Assembly (NCBI GenBank): GCA_017631325.1
Contig: JAGBTM010000045.1
Location: 71,348-135,347 of the forward strand
Direction: 5' to 3'
DNA from: Clostridia bacterium
GTDB taxonomy: Bacteria > Bacillota > Clostridia > Oscillospirales > CAG-272
Length of the DNA stretch: 64,000 nt
This document shows, in pieces, positions 9,316 through 18,175 of this stretch. The notes below the pieces were generated by a model, which made no database searches, was not told the origin of the DNA, and saw only the letters and a list, made by a program, of their open reading frames with translations. Positions within the stretch are counted from its first letter, which is position 1. Every line of letters starts with the position of its first letter. The position numbers and the translations under genes are program-made.

Positions 9316-9711
9316 TCAGTGACAGCCCGAGCAGGTGGAGCAGTCGTGAGTACACTCGACGGGGCGCTCACCCGTTATGCAGAATTTTATCTCGTCGTTT
9401 ACGCTTTTCATAATTGCGTTGACGGCATTCTGAGCCTCGGCAAATGCGATATAGGTAGGATTTTTTCTGATTTCGGCGCTAAGCTCCTCCATTCTAGCCT
9501 TAATGTCTGCAATAGCGCGCTGGTCTGCCTCGTCGGGATTCTTTGCAAATTCCTGACCGAGAGCAAGTCTGTCTGCCTCGTATTCGTGCATTTTAGCCTG
9601 AAGGTCGCTATCGAGAGAATAGGCCTCCTTGGTGCTTTCAAGATTTTTCATTTCAACGCTACTTGCGATTTGTTCGCCAAGGGCGTGTGCAAGCTCAATA
9701 ATTTTTGACAT
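9316..9711 (-). CDS. YlbF/YmcA-like small helical regulator with Cys-rich tail
   Basis: 131-aa helical protein ending in 'CTHDCSTCSGCH'. The family is assigned from memory of UPF0342-type proteins that sit between miaB and mutS in Clostridia. Confidence 0.55.
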   Translation of the reverse strand: MSKIIELAHALGEQIASSVEMKNLESTKEAYSLDSDLQAKMHEYEADRLALGQEFAKNPDEADQRAIADIKARMEELSAEIRKNPTYIAFAEAQNAVNAIMKSVNDEIKFCITGERPVECTHDCSTCSGCH

Positions 9712-9833
9712 TTCGTATCTCCTTTTTATATCTTCATATATTTATTCTAATATTCTTTGATGAAATACAGGTGCTTCTTTATTTCGGTATTTCGGTTCAT
9801 TTTTCCGTCGGGTATACCAAACGGTGTTATAAT

Positions 9834-11213
9834 TTATACCTGCACAGTACCTATTAGACAGGTGTTTTTTGCAGATTTTATTAGAACGTTGACAAAGCTT
9901 CCTATCTCAACGCGCTCACAAGCGAAGCGAACCTGCTTGTTATGAGGCGAATGACCTATATAAACTCCCTCCTGCCCGTCAAAGCTCTCAACGAGCACCT
10001 TAAGAGTTTGACCCACAAATCTTTCGTTACGCTCCGGTGAAATTTCGCCCTGTAGCTTAAGAAGTCTTGTCATGCGGTCGGTTTTAATTTCCTTTGATAC
10101 GTCGTCCTCCCAGGTTGCCGAGCGCGTTCCTTTTCTCTCGGAATAGATGAAGGCGTAAACCATATCAAATCTTGCACGGCGCAGCGCCCCCAGAGTTTTA
10201 GAGAAGTCCTCCTCACTCTCGCCAGGAAATCCGACTATAATATCGGTGGTAATTGCAATATCGGGTACCGCCAGGCGCAGCTTATCCACGGTACTCATAA
10301 AGCGCTCGAGGTCGTACGTTCTGTTCATGCGCTTAAGAACTGCGTCGCTTCCCGACTGCAAGGGCAGGTGGAAATGCGGCGCTATTTTGCCACCTGATGT
10401 GCTGATGGCCCTAATAAGCTCGTCCGAGGTATCCTTTGGGTGACTTGTCATAAAACGGATTATGAAGTCCCCTTCTATTTCACTTATTCTGGTAACGAGG
10501 CCGGCAAAGTTTATATCCGACCTATAAGAGTTTACGTTTTGACCAAGAAGGGTAATTTCCTTTACTCCGGCGGAAATAAGCTCTTGGCATTCCTTTATAA
10601 TTGCGCTGCTGTCACGGCTGCGCTCTCTGCCTCTAACGTAGGGTACTATGCAGTATGAGCAAAAATTGTTGCAGCCATACATTACCGAAACCCACGCGCG
10701 AAATTTATTCAGGCGTACTACGGGCATATCCTCTACTATATCGTAGCTGTCGGGGGTGGCTAAGAAGCTCTTTTCTCCGTTAATCATAGCGTTGGATACG
10801 AGCTCGGGGATTTTGTGCAATGAGGCCGGCTCAGCCGTGAAGCTTACGAACGAGAAGCTCCTTTTTATCCTTGCGACGACATCCTTTTCGGCTGCCATAC
10901 AACCGACGACGCCTATAATCATATCGGGATTTTCAATTTTGTGCGACTTGAAATTACCAAGAATTGAAAGCGCCTTCATTTCCGCATGCTCACGAATAGC
11001 GCAGGTATTGACTATCAAGAGGTCAGCTCTCTCTCCGTCGGGCGAGGGCGTATAGCCCATGGCCTCACACATTCCTCTTATTTTTTCGCTGTCGGACTCG
11101 TTCTGCTGACAGCCAAATGTTAAAACGAGGTAGTGAAGCCCACGCCCTCTTATGAGCGTGCTGACGGCATTTATATATGTGTTCGTTTCAGAAAACGCCG
11201 AATTGTTTGACAT
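9834..11213 (-). CDS. miaB: tRNA-2-methylthio-N6-dimethylallyladenosine synthase MiaB
   Basis: N-terminal Cys motif 'TFGCQQNESDSE', radical-SAM 'CNNFCSYCIVPYVRG' and a TRAM-like C-terminus, in the classical miaB-mutS-mutL neighbourhood. Confidence 0.9.
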   Translation of the reverse strand: MSNNSAFSETNTYINAVSTLIRGRGLHYLVLTFGCQQNESDSEKIRGMCEAMGYTPSPDGERADLLIVNTCAIREHAEMKALSILGNFKSHKIENPDMIIGVVGCMAAEKDVVARIKRSFSFVSFTAEPASLHKIPELVSNAMINGEKSFLATPDSYDIVEDMPVVRLNKFRAWVSVMYGCNNFCSYCIVPYVRGRERSRDSSAIIKECQELISAGVKEITLLGQNVNSYRSDINFAGLVTRISEIEGDFIIRFMTSHPKDTSDELIRAISTSGGKIAPHFHLPLQSGSDAVLKRMNRTYDLERFMSTVDKLRLAVPDIAITTDIIVGFPGESEEDFSKTLGALRRARFDMVYAFIYSERKGTRSATWEDDVSKEIKTDRMTRLLKLQGEISPERNERFVGQTLKVLVESFDGQEGVYIGHSPHNKQVRFACERVEIGSFVNVLIKSAKNTCLIGTVQV

Positions 11214-11241
11214 ATTTTACTTTCCTTTACCGTTTTGCGTT

Positions 11242-12036
11242 TTATTTGCCGTGTGTCAGCTCCGAGGCAGGATAGGTTCCCGTAACCTTGCGATAGGCTC
11301 TGTAAAACGCAGAATAGTCGCCAAAGCCAACCTTGTAGGCTACCGACGACGGCGCCTCGCCCTCTTCTATAAGACGCTTAGCGAGTAGGACGCGCTTTTT
11401 TATAATATAACTGTGCACCGATATGCCGTGATAAGCCTTGAAGGCTCGGCACAGGTGATATTTGCTGACGAAAAAGACGCGAGATAGCGTATCGAGTGAA
11501 AGATTTTCGGTAAGGTTTTCATCAACGTAGCCGATAATTCTTGCGCCGAGGCTCTTGTCCTCGCGTTCGGTCTGTTTTCCTCCCGACGAAAGAAGAAGAA
11601 TTAACATCTCGGTGAGAATGGCGCTCCTGTATGCGTCAAGCATACCTGTGGGCACCCTGTCGGTCTCTTGTATGCGTGTGAGAGCTGATATTACGCTCTC
11701 TGAAATCCTCGAGGGTGAAAAGAGCGCACAAGAGCTAAGAGCCGTGGGGGGGTCGATAATCCTAAGAAGGCTCTCTGCCGAAAACGAGATTTGCCTATAC
11801 GAAAGAAGCGATGCGTCGGCACATCTGAGGCTGTGACAGAGTGATGGCGGGACGAGTGCGGCGGCTCCCTGCTCGAGAGGGTACTCCCTGCCCTCGCTGA
11901 AAAATACTCCATCGCCTGAAAAAACGTAATAAAGGACGAAGCCCTCAAAAATCCGCGCGTCGTCGGTATGCGAGGGTGCGAGTATCTTATCCGTAACCGA
12001 CACTTTTGAAACGCTGTATGCGACGTCGTGATTCAT
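11242..12036 (-). CDS. AraC-family transcriptional regulator (cupin-like sensor + HTH)
   Basis: C-terminal 'YHLCRAFKAYHGISVHSYIIKKRVLLAKRLI' and 'VGFGDYSAFYRAYRK' are AraC HTH signatures. Confidence 0.8.
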   Translation of the reverse strand: MNHDVAYSVSKVSVTDKILAPSHTDDARIFEGFVLYYVFSGDGVFFSEGREYPLEQGAAALVPPSLCHSLRCADASLLSYRQISFSAESLLRIIDPPTALSSCALFSPSRISESVISALTRIQETDRVPTGMLDAYRSAILTEMLILLLSSGGKQTEREDKSLGARIIGYVDENLTENLSLDTLSRVFFVSKYHLCRAFKAYHGISVHSYIIKKRVLLAKRLIEEGEAPSSVAYKVGFGDYSAFYRAYRKVTGTYPASELTHGK

Positions 12037-12058
12037 AAGGCAACTCCTTTCTTATTCT

Positions 12059-12086
12059 ATCATATTATTTTCCATCATATTATTTT
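12059..12086. repeat. 2 x ATCATATTATTTT direct repeat (period 15) just upstream of the AraC gene start
   Basis: Copies at 12059-12071 and 12074-12086. On the minus strand they read AAAATAATATGAT twice, overlapping probable -10 sequence. Confidence 0.6.
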
Positions 12087-12142
12087 AGCATAAAATAAAA
12101 TATTTTTCAAGAGATTTTGCAGTATTTTCGACATACCTACGA

Positions 12143-12197
12143 GAAAAAACGAACGCAGTAAACGTGAGCCCGATTTCAAGCTCAAATTTACTGCGTT
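12143..12197 (-). terminator. Intrinsic terminator after yebC
   Basis: AACGCAGTAAA / TTTACTGCGTT forms an 11-bp stem with a 24-nt loop, followed on the minus strand by TTTTTT. Confidence 0.6.
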
Positions 12198-12226
12198 ATT
12201 TTCTGTGCCGAAGCGATTGCTTTTGA

Positions 12227-12952
12227 TTAGTTATCCCAGTTGGTGTAAACTGCGTTTACGTCATCGTCCTCGTTGAATTTGTCGAGCATCTTCTCCATAT
12301 TCTCAACGTCCTCATCACTGGTAAGCTCTACGTAAGTAGAGGGTACTTTTGCAACGTCGGCTGTATTGATTTTGTAGCCGAGCGACACGATAGCGTCGCG
12401 CACATCGTCGAGGTCCTGAGTATCGGTGTATACCTTGTACTCGCCATCGCTGGATTTGATGTCCTCGGCACCGGCCTCTAGTGCGTCCTCCATGAGCTTA
12501 TCCTCGTCGATTTCCTCGTCCTCGTCAAGAATGGTGATGACGCCCTTCTCCTCAAAGAGATATGCAACGCAACCGTTCTGACCGAGGTTTCCACCGTACT
12601 TTGAGAACCAAGCGCGCACGTTTCCTGCAGTGCGGTTACGGTTGTCGGTCGAGGTCTCAACAATAATTGCGACACCCGAGGGACCGTAGCCCTCATAGGT
12701 GATTTCCTCGAAGTTGATGTCGCTGTTATCGGTGAACTTCTTGATAGTACGCTGAATGTTGTCGTTGGGAACGTTATTTGCCTTTGCCTTTGCGATAAGG
12801 TCGCGAAGTCTTGAGTTGTTGTTAGGGTCGGGTCCGCCCGCCTTGATGGCAACTGCCATCTCCTTGCCTATTTTAGTGAAAATCTTCGCCTTTGCGGCAT
12901 CAGCCTTTTCCTTCTTGTGCTTGATGTTGTTCCATTTGGAATGTCCTGACAT
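12227..12952 (-). CDS. yebC: YebC/PmpR-family DNA-binding regulator
   Basis: Canonical N-terminus 'MSGHSKWNNIKHKK'; 241 aa. Confidence 0.93.
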   Translation of the reverse strand: MSGHSKWNNIKHKKEKADAAKAKIFTKIGKEMAVAIKAGGPDPNNNSRLRDLIAKAKANNVPNDNIQRTIKKFTDNSDINFEEITYEGYGPSGVAIIVETSTDNRNRTAGNVRAWFSKYGGNLGQNGCVAYLFEEKGVITILDEDEEIDEDKLMEDALEAGAEDIKSSDGEYKVYTDTQDLDDVRDAIVSLGYKINTADVAKVPSTYVELTSDEDVENMEKMLDKFNEDDDVNAVYTNWDN

Positions 12953-12968
12953 ATCCTTTTCTCCTGAC

Positions 12969-14726
12969 TCAAATTTTTTCGGGGCTCTGCATACAAATAA
13001 GATGCAAGGCTGTTTTTAAAACTCTGTTGGTTGCCTCGGTTAATGCAATTCTGCTCGACTTTAAGTCCGCGTTTTCACAATTTGCTATGCTACAATTATG
13101 GTAGAAACGGTTGAATGCGGCAGCGAGGTCGAGAATGTATCTTGTGATTACAGAGGGCTCGTATTCGCCAAGCGCCGAGAGCACTCTCTCGGGGAAGGCT
13201 GCAAGAGATTTACTAAGCTCAACCTCCTCCTCGGAGAGAACAGCGTCCGTCATTTTACCCGAGCCTCTGCCTACCTTATCCAGCACTGAGCAGGTTCTGG
13301 CGTAGGTGTACTGAACGTAAGGGCCCGTGTTTCCGTCAAAGGAAAGGGCGTCCTCCATCATAAAGTTGATATCTCTCATACGATTGTTTGAAAGATAATA
13401 GAAAACTATCGCACCGACACCAACGCACTCGGCTATTCTCTGGCACTCGTCCTCGTCGGGATTCTTCTCTCTTGCGATTTCCTTTACTCTGGCTATCGCC
13501 TCGGCAAAGAGGTCCTTAAGAAGAATTACGTTGCCTGTTCTCGTCGCGAGCTTCGCTCCGTTTATGCTGACGGTACCGTAGGGAACGTGTACGAGCTTGT
13601 CGTACCAGTCGTAGCCCATAAGCTCGACAACCTTGAACCACTGCGCGAAGTGGAGCGACTGAGCGGCGCTGGTGACGTAGATAGCCTTGTCGAAGCCGTA
13701 CTCACCCTTACGGTATACTGCTGCTGCAATATCACGCGTGGGATAGAGGGTTGAGCCGTCACGCTTAAGAATAAGGCAGACGGGCATGTTCCATTTATCA
13801 AGATTTACAATAGACGCGCCGTCGTCGATTTCAAGAAGTCCCATATTGCGAAGCTTCTCTACCTCAGCGGGCATTTTGTCGGTGTAAAACGATTCGCCCT
13901 TGTAGCTGTCGAACTCTATGCCGAGAAGCTTATAGGTTTTCTGGTATTCCTCGAGGCTGACGTCAACGAACCAGCGCCAGAGCGCAAGATTATCCTCGTC
14001 ACCGTCCTCGAGCTTCTTAAATTCTGCGCGTGAGGCGTCTGCAAGGGCCGATTTCTTGGGTGTGCCCTCGGGCATACCGACAACACTCGCGTCCTCCTCG
14101 GCCTTTATCTCGTTATTAATTCTGACGTAGAGCTTGACGAGCTCGTCGACACCACCCTGCTCGATGGTCTTCTTATCACCCCAGGACTTGTATGCTACTA
14201 TGAGCTTACCAAACTGAGTACCCCAGTCACCGAGGTAGTTGATGCCTACACACTTGTAGCCCGCGAACTCGTGAAGGAGCTTCAAGGAGTGGCCGATAAC
14301 GGTCGTACCGAGGTGTCCTATATGGAAAGGCTTTGCAACGTTAGGCGAGGAATAGTCGAGCACCACCGTTTTTCCCTCTCCACACTCAGGAGAGCCGTAT
14401 TTCTCACCGTGGGCAGTTATGTCGGCTACAACGCGCTTAGCAAAGGCTGTGCCGTCTATCTTAAAATTAAGGTAGCCACCGTCGGCAGATACGGAGCAAA
14501 ACTCATCGCACTTAATTTCCGCGCTGAGCACTGTGGCTATCATAGGGGGAGCCTTGCGCAGAGTACGGGAAAGGCGGAAGCAAGGAAGTGCTATATCGCC
14601 CATAGATTTGTCGGGTGGATATTCGAGCATCGAAAATATTTCGTCGGCCGAAAGAAGTCCTCCGCCGAAGCTCTTCTCTACCGCCGAGGCTATAAGCTCT
14701 GCGGTCTTTTTCTTTAAAACAAGCAT
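12969..14726 (-). CDS. argS: Arginine--tRNA ligase
   Basis: HIGH motif in 'SPNVAKPFHIGHLGTTVIG' and a DALR-type C-terminal anticodon-binding region 'YVQYTYAR'. Confidence 0.93.
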   Translation of the reverse strand: MLVLKKKTAELIASAVEKSFGGGLLSADEIFSMLEYPPDKSMGDIALPCFRLSRTLRKAPPMIATVLSAEIKCDEFCSVSADGGYLNFKIDGTAFAKRVVADITAHGEKYGSPECGEGKTVVLDYSSPNVAKPFHIGHLGTTVIGHSLKLLHEFAGYKCVGINYLGDWGTQFGKLIVAYKSWGDKKTIEQGGVDELVKLYVRINNEIKAEEDASVVGMPEGTPKKSALADASRAEFKKLEDGDEDNLALWRWFVDVSLEEYQKTYKLLGIEFDSYKGESFYTDKMPAEVEKLRNMGLLEIDDGASIVNLDKWNMPVCLILKRDGSTLYPTRDIAAAVYRKGEYGFDKAIYVTSAAQSLHFAQWFKVVELMGYDWYDKLVHVPYGTVSINGAKLATRTGNVILLKDLFAEAIARVKEIAREKNPDEDECQRIAECVGVGAIVFYYLSNNRMRDINFMMEDALSFDGNTGPYVQYTYARTCSVLDKVGRGSGKMTDAVLSEEEVELSKSLAAFPERVLSALGEYEPSVITRYILDLAAAFNRFYHNCSIANCENADLKSSRIALTEATNRVLKTALHLICMQSPEKI

Positions 14727-14775
14727 TTGTTACCTCTTATATTTTACTAGGGATTGTTTAATTTAAGATTTTTTC

Positions 14776-15597
14776 TCAGAGAGAATTTCTCATTTTGACG
14801 TACTTTTTGCCCTCGGGGGTACCTTTTATGAGCCTTGCGGGGATAAAGGTTGACATATTGAACGAGTATGCGAGCGCACTTTCGAGGCCGCCTGAAAGAT
14901 AGAACTCACCGTCGCGCTCAAAGACCTCGACCTCCGGTATGGAATTTCCAAGCTCAAGCTCGCGCGCAAGGCTCGCAATCTTCTCTTCGTATGCCGCGTC
15001 GTTGGGGAAATTAAGTCGGTCGGGCGAAATAAAGGAGCACGCATAGGACTTGTCCCTCTGCCACTGTGAAAACGCACGGATAATGCACTCGGCAATTTCG
15101 TCGGGGGTAGCCGAGGTGGTATCAACTATAAGAGAATAGTTGGATAAATCCTTGATATCCACGCCGTACTGAGTGAGATACCTACGCTTCTCGCTCTCCC
15201 GTCTTTTTCGGGTATCGGCCACGGTTTGCTCAAGCGTTGCAGAATGCTCGCCCTGTCTGTTGGCATTCATAATACGAAGCGCCGCAGTCTCTACGTCGCA
15301 GGAAAGATACACCTTGAACGTGCCGCGTGTAAAGTGCCACGCCATGCGCGAGTCTATAACGAGAAGCTTGTCTATCTCGCTGAGAGCGGCTATACCGTCG
15401 TCGATTTCGGTGTCAATCTCGGGGTGTGTTTCCATATATTCGTTAAGCTCTACTACACTCATGCCGCGTCGGCTTGCGATAGAGCGAACTATGGCGCCTG
15501 TGCAATAATACTCTGCGCCAAGGCGCGATATGAGTATAGACGATACGGTACTTTTTCCGCTACCGAGGTCGCCTGCCAAAGAGATTTTATCCTGCAT
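14776..15597 (-). CDS. P-loop NMP-kinase-like (cytidylate-kinase-family) protein with ~90-aa C-terminal extension
   Basis: P-loop 'GDLGSGKST' and a CMP-kinase-like core over the first ~185 aa. The C-terminal 'VEVFERDGEFYLSGGLESALAYS' segment is of unknown type. Confidence 0.6.
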   Translation of the reverse strand: MQDKISLAGDLGSGKSTVSSILISRLGAEYYCTGAIVRSIASRRGMSVVELNEYMETHPEIDTEIDDGIAALSEIDKLLVIDSRMAWHFTRGTFKVYLSCDVETAALRIMNANRQGEHSATLEQTVADTRKRRESEKRRYLTQYGVDIKDLSNYSLIVDTTSATPDEIAECIIRAFSQWQRDKSYACSFISPDRLNFPNDAAYEEKIASLARELELGNSIPEVEVFERDGEFYLSGGLESALAYSFNMSTFIPARLIKGTPEGKKYVKMRNSL

Positions 15598-15631
15598 GCT
15601 GTTACACGTCCTTTCATGCTTTAACTAAATA

Positions 15632-15660
15632 ATTATATTATATTTTTATCGAGTTGTCAA
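15632..15660 (-). promoter_or_regulatory. Consensus sigmaA promoter (TTGACA-17-TATAAT) for the kinase-like gene/argS operon
   Basis: On the minus strand, TTGACA is the complement of 15655-15660, the spacer is 17 nt, and TATAAT is the complement of 15632-15637. An AAAGGA RBS and the ATG at 15597 lie downstream. Confidence 0.6.
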
Positions 15661-15823
15661 CATCGTTTTCAAGTATTTCAAAAACTTTCGTATGAAAATG
15701 GCAAATAGTAGCGCTTTTTAGCGTAAATTAGCGCCGGGTCAGGATATTTCGGGTATTTTAGGGACGGGTGCTACGTCTTTGTTTTTTCTTTTTTTGCTTT
15801 TTTCATTTTTTTGCCCTTCCCAC

Positions 15824-15852
15824 GAATATTTTCCGTGTAGGCGGTAACAATA
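15824..15852 (+). promoter_or_regulatory. Candidate forespore (sigmaF/G-type) promoter: GAATA-N14-GGTAACAATA
   Basis: GAATA at 15824-15828, a 14-nt spacer, then GGTAACAATA at 15843-15852, 35 nt before ATG 15888. It mirrors the spoIIR upstream element. Confidence 0.35.
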
Positions 15853-15887
15853 CCTTCACCCAACAGAATTACGGAAAGGAAAACGAA

Positions 15888-16535
15888 ATGGAAAGAAAAT
15901 TCAAATTTGCGGACCAGCCCACGAAGGTGAAAATTCTATACACCGTCGCGGTATCGATACTCTGCGTTACCGCGATAGTCGTCGGAATCGTGTCTGCGGC
16001 ATCTAAAAAGGACGAGCAGCCGCCCGTCGAAAACACCCCTCCCATCACTGAGAACGAGGGCTCGAGTGAAAATGAAGAGGAAAACACACCGAAGCCCACA
16101 ATCTACGTCGCTCCCACCGTTGGTACGGTAGCAAAGGAGCACAGCATGGATATTCCCGTATTCTCTGCAACTCTCGGTGAATGGCGTATCCATACGGGTA
16201 TTGATATATCCGCTGACGAGGGTGCTGAGGTAAGAGCCGTAGCGGCAGGTACCGTAAGCCGCGTTTACAGTCACCCCTTACACGGCAAAACCGTCGAAAT
16301 TCTGCACGACGGCGAGGTAGTGAGCGTTTACTCTAACCTCTCCTCAGACGGTATCTGTGTCAAGGAAGGCGATACGGTAAGCTCGGGCGCGAAAATCGGT
16401 GTTGTAGGCGACACCTCTCTGACCGAGCTTGCGGACGAGTCTCACCTCCACTTTGAAATCAAGCTCAAGGGTGTAAGCGTAAACCCCCTCGACTATATTT
16501 CAGAGGAGTCTAAGAAGGCCTCGCTCGGTATCTAA
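15888..16535 (+). CDS. Membrane-anchored M23/LytM peptidase-domain protein (SpoIIQ-like candidate)
   Basis: N-terminal TM 'ILYTVAVSILCVTAIVVGIV', then the M23 motifs 'HTGIDI' and 'HLHFEI'. The start is moved to ATG 15888 (AAAGGA RBS) because the listed upstream extension is T-rich promoter DNA. Confidence 0.8.
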   Translation: MERKFKFADQPTKVKILYTVAVSILCVTAIVVGIVSAASKKDEQPPVENTPPITENEGSSENEEENTPKPTIYVAPTVGTVAKEHSMDIPVFSATLGEWRIHTGIDISADEGAEVRAVAAGTVSRVYSHPLHGKTVEILHDGEVVSVYSNLSSDGICVKEGDTVSSGAKIGVVGDTSLTELADESHLHFEIKLKGVSVNPLDYISEESKKASLGI

Positions 16536-16540
16536 GACGA

Positions 16541-16608
16541 AAAGGATATGGGCATCTTGAGACGCTGCACGTCGGCGCTCTCCGGCTACCCATATCCTTT
16601 GCTTTTGC
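16541..16608 (+). terminator. Large-loop hairpin terminator after the M23 gene
   Basis: AAAGGATATGGG / CCCATATCCTTT forms a 12-bp stem with a 36-nt loop, followed by GCTTTTGC. Confidence 0.5.
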
Positions 16609-16650
16609 TAAGGCGAAATTTAAAAGCGTCACAAAAAACAACTGAAAATA

Positions 16651-16720
16651 TAACCGAAAAGATTACCGAAAAGATATTATCGATTACCGAAAAGACCGAA
16701 AGAGCGAAAAGATATTATCG
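16651..16720 (+). repeat. ACCGAAAAGA(T) x3 and GAAAAGATATTATCG x2 direct repeats abutting the hom promoter
   Basis: ACCGAAAAGA starts at 16653, 16665 and 16686. The exact 15-mer GAAAAGATATTATCG occurs at 16668-16682 and 16706-16720. The repeat block ends 4 nt before the -35 element. Confidence 0.8.
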
Positions 16721-16724
16721 GCAC

Positions 16725-16753
16725 TTGACAATACCGTGACGTTATGCTATAAT
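16725..16753 (+). promoter_or_regulatory. Consensus sigmaA promoter (TTGACA-17-TATAAT) of hom
   Basis: TTGACA at 16725-16730, a 17-nt spacer, TATAAT at 16748-16753, then RBS AGAGAGGA and ATG 16788. Confidence 0.65.
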
Positions 16754-16787
16754 ATGAGATATATTTTTCATTAGAGAGGACCTACAA

Positions 16788-17993
16788 ATGACTAATGTTG
16801 CTATACTTGGCTTTGGCGTAGTAGGCGGCGGTGTTGCCGACCTGCTTACCAAAAACGAGGCCGAGGTAACTAAGCTCGGCAAGGACGGTATCAACATAAA
16901 ATATATACTTGATTTGAGAGATTTTCCAAGCTCACCCTTTTGTAATAAGGTAGTACACGACTTTGGCGTTATCGTAAACGACCCCGCGGTTGATACGGTT
17001 ATTGAGGTCATGGGCGGCTCTCACCCTGCGTATGAGTACACCGTGGCGGCTCTTTCGGCAGGCAAAAACGTTATTACCTCAAACAAAGAGGTCGTTGCGA
17101 ACTTCGGCGACGAGTTCCTCGCCCTTGCAGAGAAGAATGGCGTATGCTATCGCTTCGAGGCTGCAGTTGGCGGCGGTATACCCGTTTTGTCCCCCATTAT
17201 CCACTGTGTAAGGCAGAACAGGATTACAGAGGTGCGCGGTATACTCAACGGCACCACAAACTATATACTCACAAAGATGTTCACCTTTGGTGAGAGCTTT
17301 GAGGCAGCGCTGAAAGACGCGCAGGACAAGGGCTTTGCCGAGAGAAACCCCGACGCTGATATACTCGGAACAGATGCATCGAGAAAAATTGCAATTCTCA
17401 CGGCGCTGGTTACGGGCAAGCTCGTACCCACCGACAAAATTCATACCGAGGGTATCACGGGCGTCAGACACGAGGACGTAGTAGCGTCCGAGAAGATAGG
17501 TCGCAAAATCAAGCTTCTCGGCAGATGCATCACAGACGGTGAAAGTCTCTACGTTACCGTAGCACCCTTTTTGCTCTCCTCGGATATGCCCCTCTCTACC
17601 GTATCGGGCGTTTATAACGCAGTTGAGGTTATCGGCGAGCCTGTAAAGAACGTAATGTTCTACGGTCCCGGCGCGGGAGCAGGCCCTACTGCCTCGGCCG
17701 TTGTCGGAGACCTTATGGAAATTATGCGCTCCTCTGACAACTCCGTCGTTCCCACCATAAAAAAGTGCGATGGCATTTCGGATTTTTCAGAGTTCAAATC
17801 AAGCTCCTATATCGCTATGACGGGCGTATGTCCCGCATGCGTCAAGGCGGCCTTTGGCGAGGTTCAGTATATAGACGCCGAGGGCGAGTGCGCATTTATC
17901 ACTCCCGTTATGACAGAGGGCGAGCAGCTTGAGAAAATCGAGGCCCTCAAGGCCAAGGGTGGCGTGATAAAATCTCGTATAAGGCTGATTTAA
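16788..17993 (+). CDS. hom: Homoserine dehydrogenase
   Basis: N-terminal Rossmann 'VAILGFGVVGGGV', the central catalytic region 'FEAAVGGGIPV..LNGTTNYIL', and a C-terminal ACT-like domain. Confidence 0.9.
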   Translation: MTNVAILGFGVVGGGVADLLTKNEAEVTKLGKDGINIKYILDLRDFPSSPFCNKVVHDFGVIVNDPAVDTVIEVMGGSHPAYEYTVAALSAGKNVITSNKEVVANFGDEFLALAEKNGVCYRFEAAVGGGIPVLSPIIHCVRQNRITEVRGILNGTTNYILTKMFTFGESFEAALKDAQDKGFAERNPDADILGTDASRKIAILTALVTGKLVPTDKIHTEGITGVRHEDVVASEKIGRKIKLLGRCITDGESLYVTVAPFLLSSDMPLSTVSGVYNAVEVIGEPVKNVMFYGPGAGAGPTASAVVGDLMEIMRSSDNSVVPTIKKCDGISDFSEFKSSSYIAMTGVCPACVKAAFGEVQYIDAEGECAFITPVMTEGEQLEKIEALKAKGGVIKSRIRLI

Positions 17994-18042
17994 TTTTAGG
18001 CAGAAACTCTTTTAGCTCTTTTTTAATCAAAAAAATACAAAC

Positions 18043-18080
18043 AAAAAAACTGTCTTGATTTAATTTCAAGACAGTTTTTT
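18043..18080. terminator. Bidirectional intrinsic terminator
   Basis: AAAAAAA-CTGTCTTGA-tttaatt-TCAAGACAG-TTTTTT, between convergent hom and the 18176-18661 gene. Confidence 0.75.
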
Positions 18081-18175
18081 GTTTTGCATTTTGCGTGCCG
18101 TTTTGAATTTTGTTGTTTGTGTCATAAGCGCTTCTATTATTAGAGCAAACTGTAGTTTTTGTAATTTTAAGGAAA

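Noticed and set aside
14727-14775. T-box leader upstream of argS
   Set aside because: The gap is only 49 nt and has no specifier or antiterminator structure. argS appears to be co-transcribed with the upstream kinase-like gene.
15768-15887. N-terminal 40-codon extension of the M23 gene (MLRLCFFFFCFFHFF...)
   Set aside because: It starts at a non-ATG codon inside a poly-T promoter region, and the extension contains the candidate promoter itself. ATG 15888 has a proper RBS and yields a normal N-in TM anchor.
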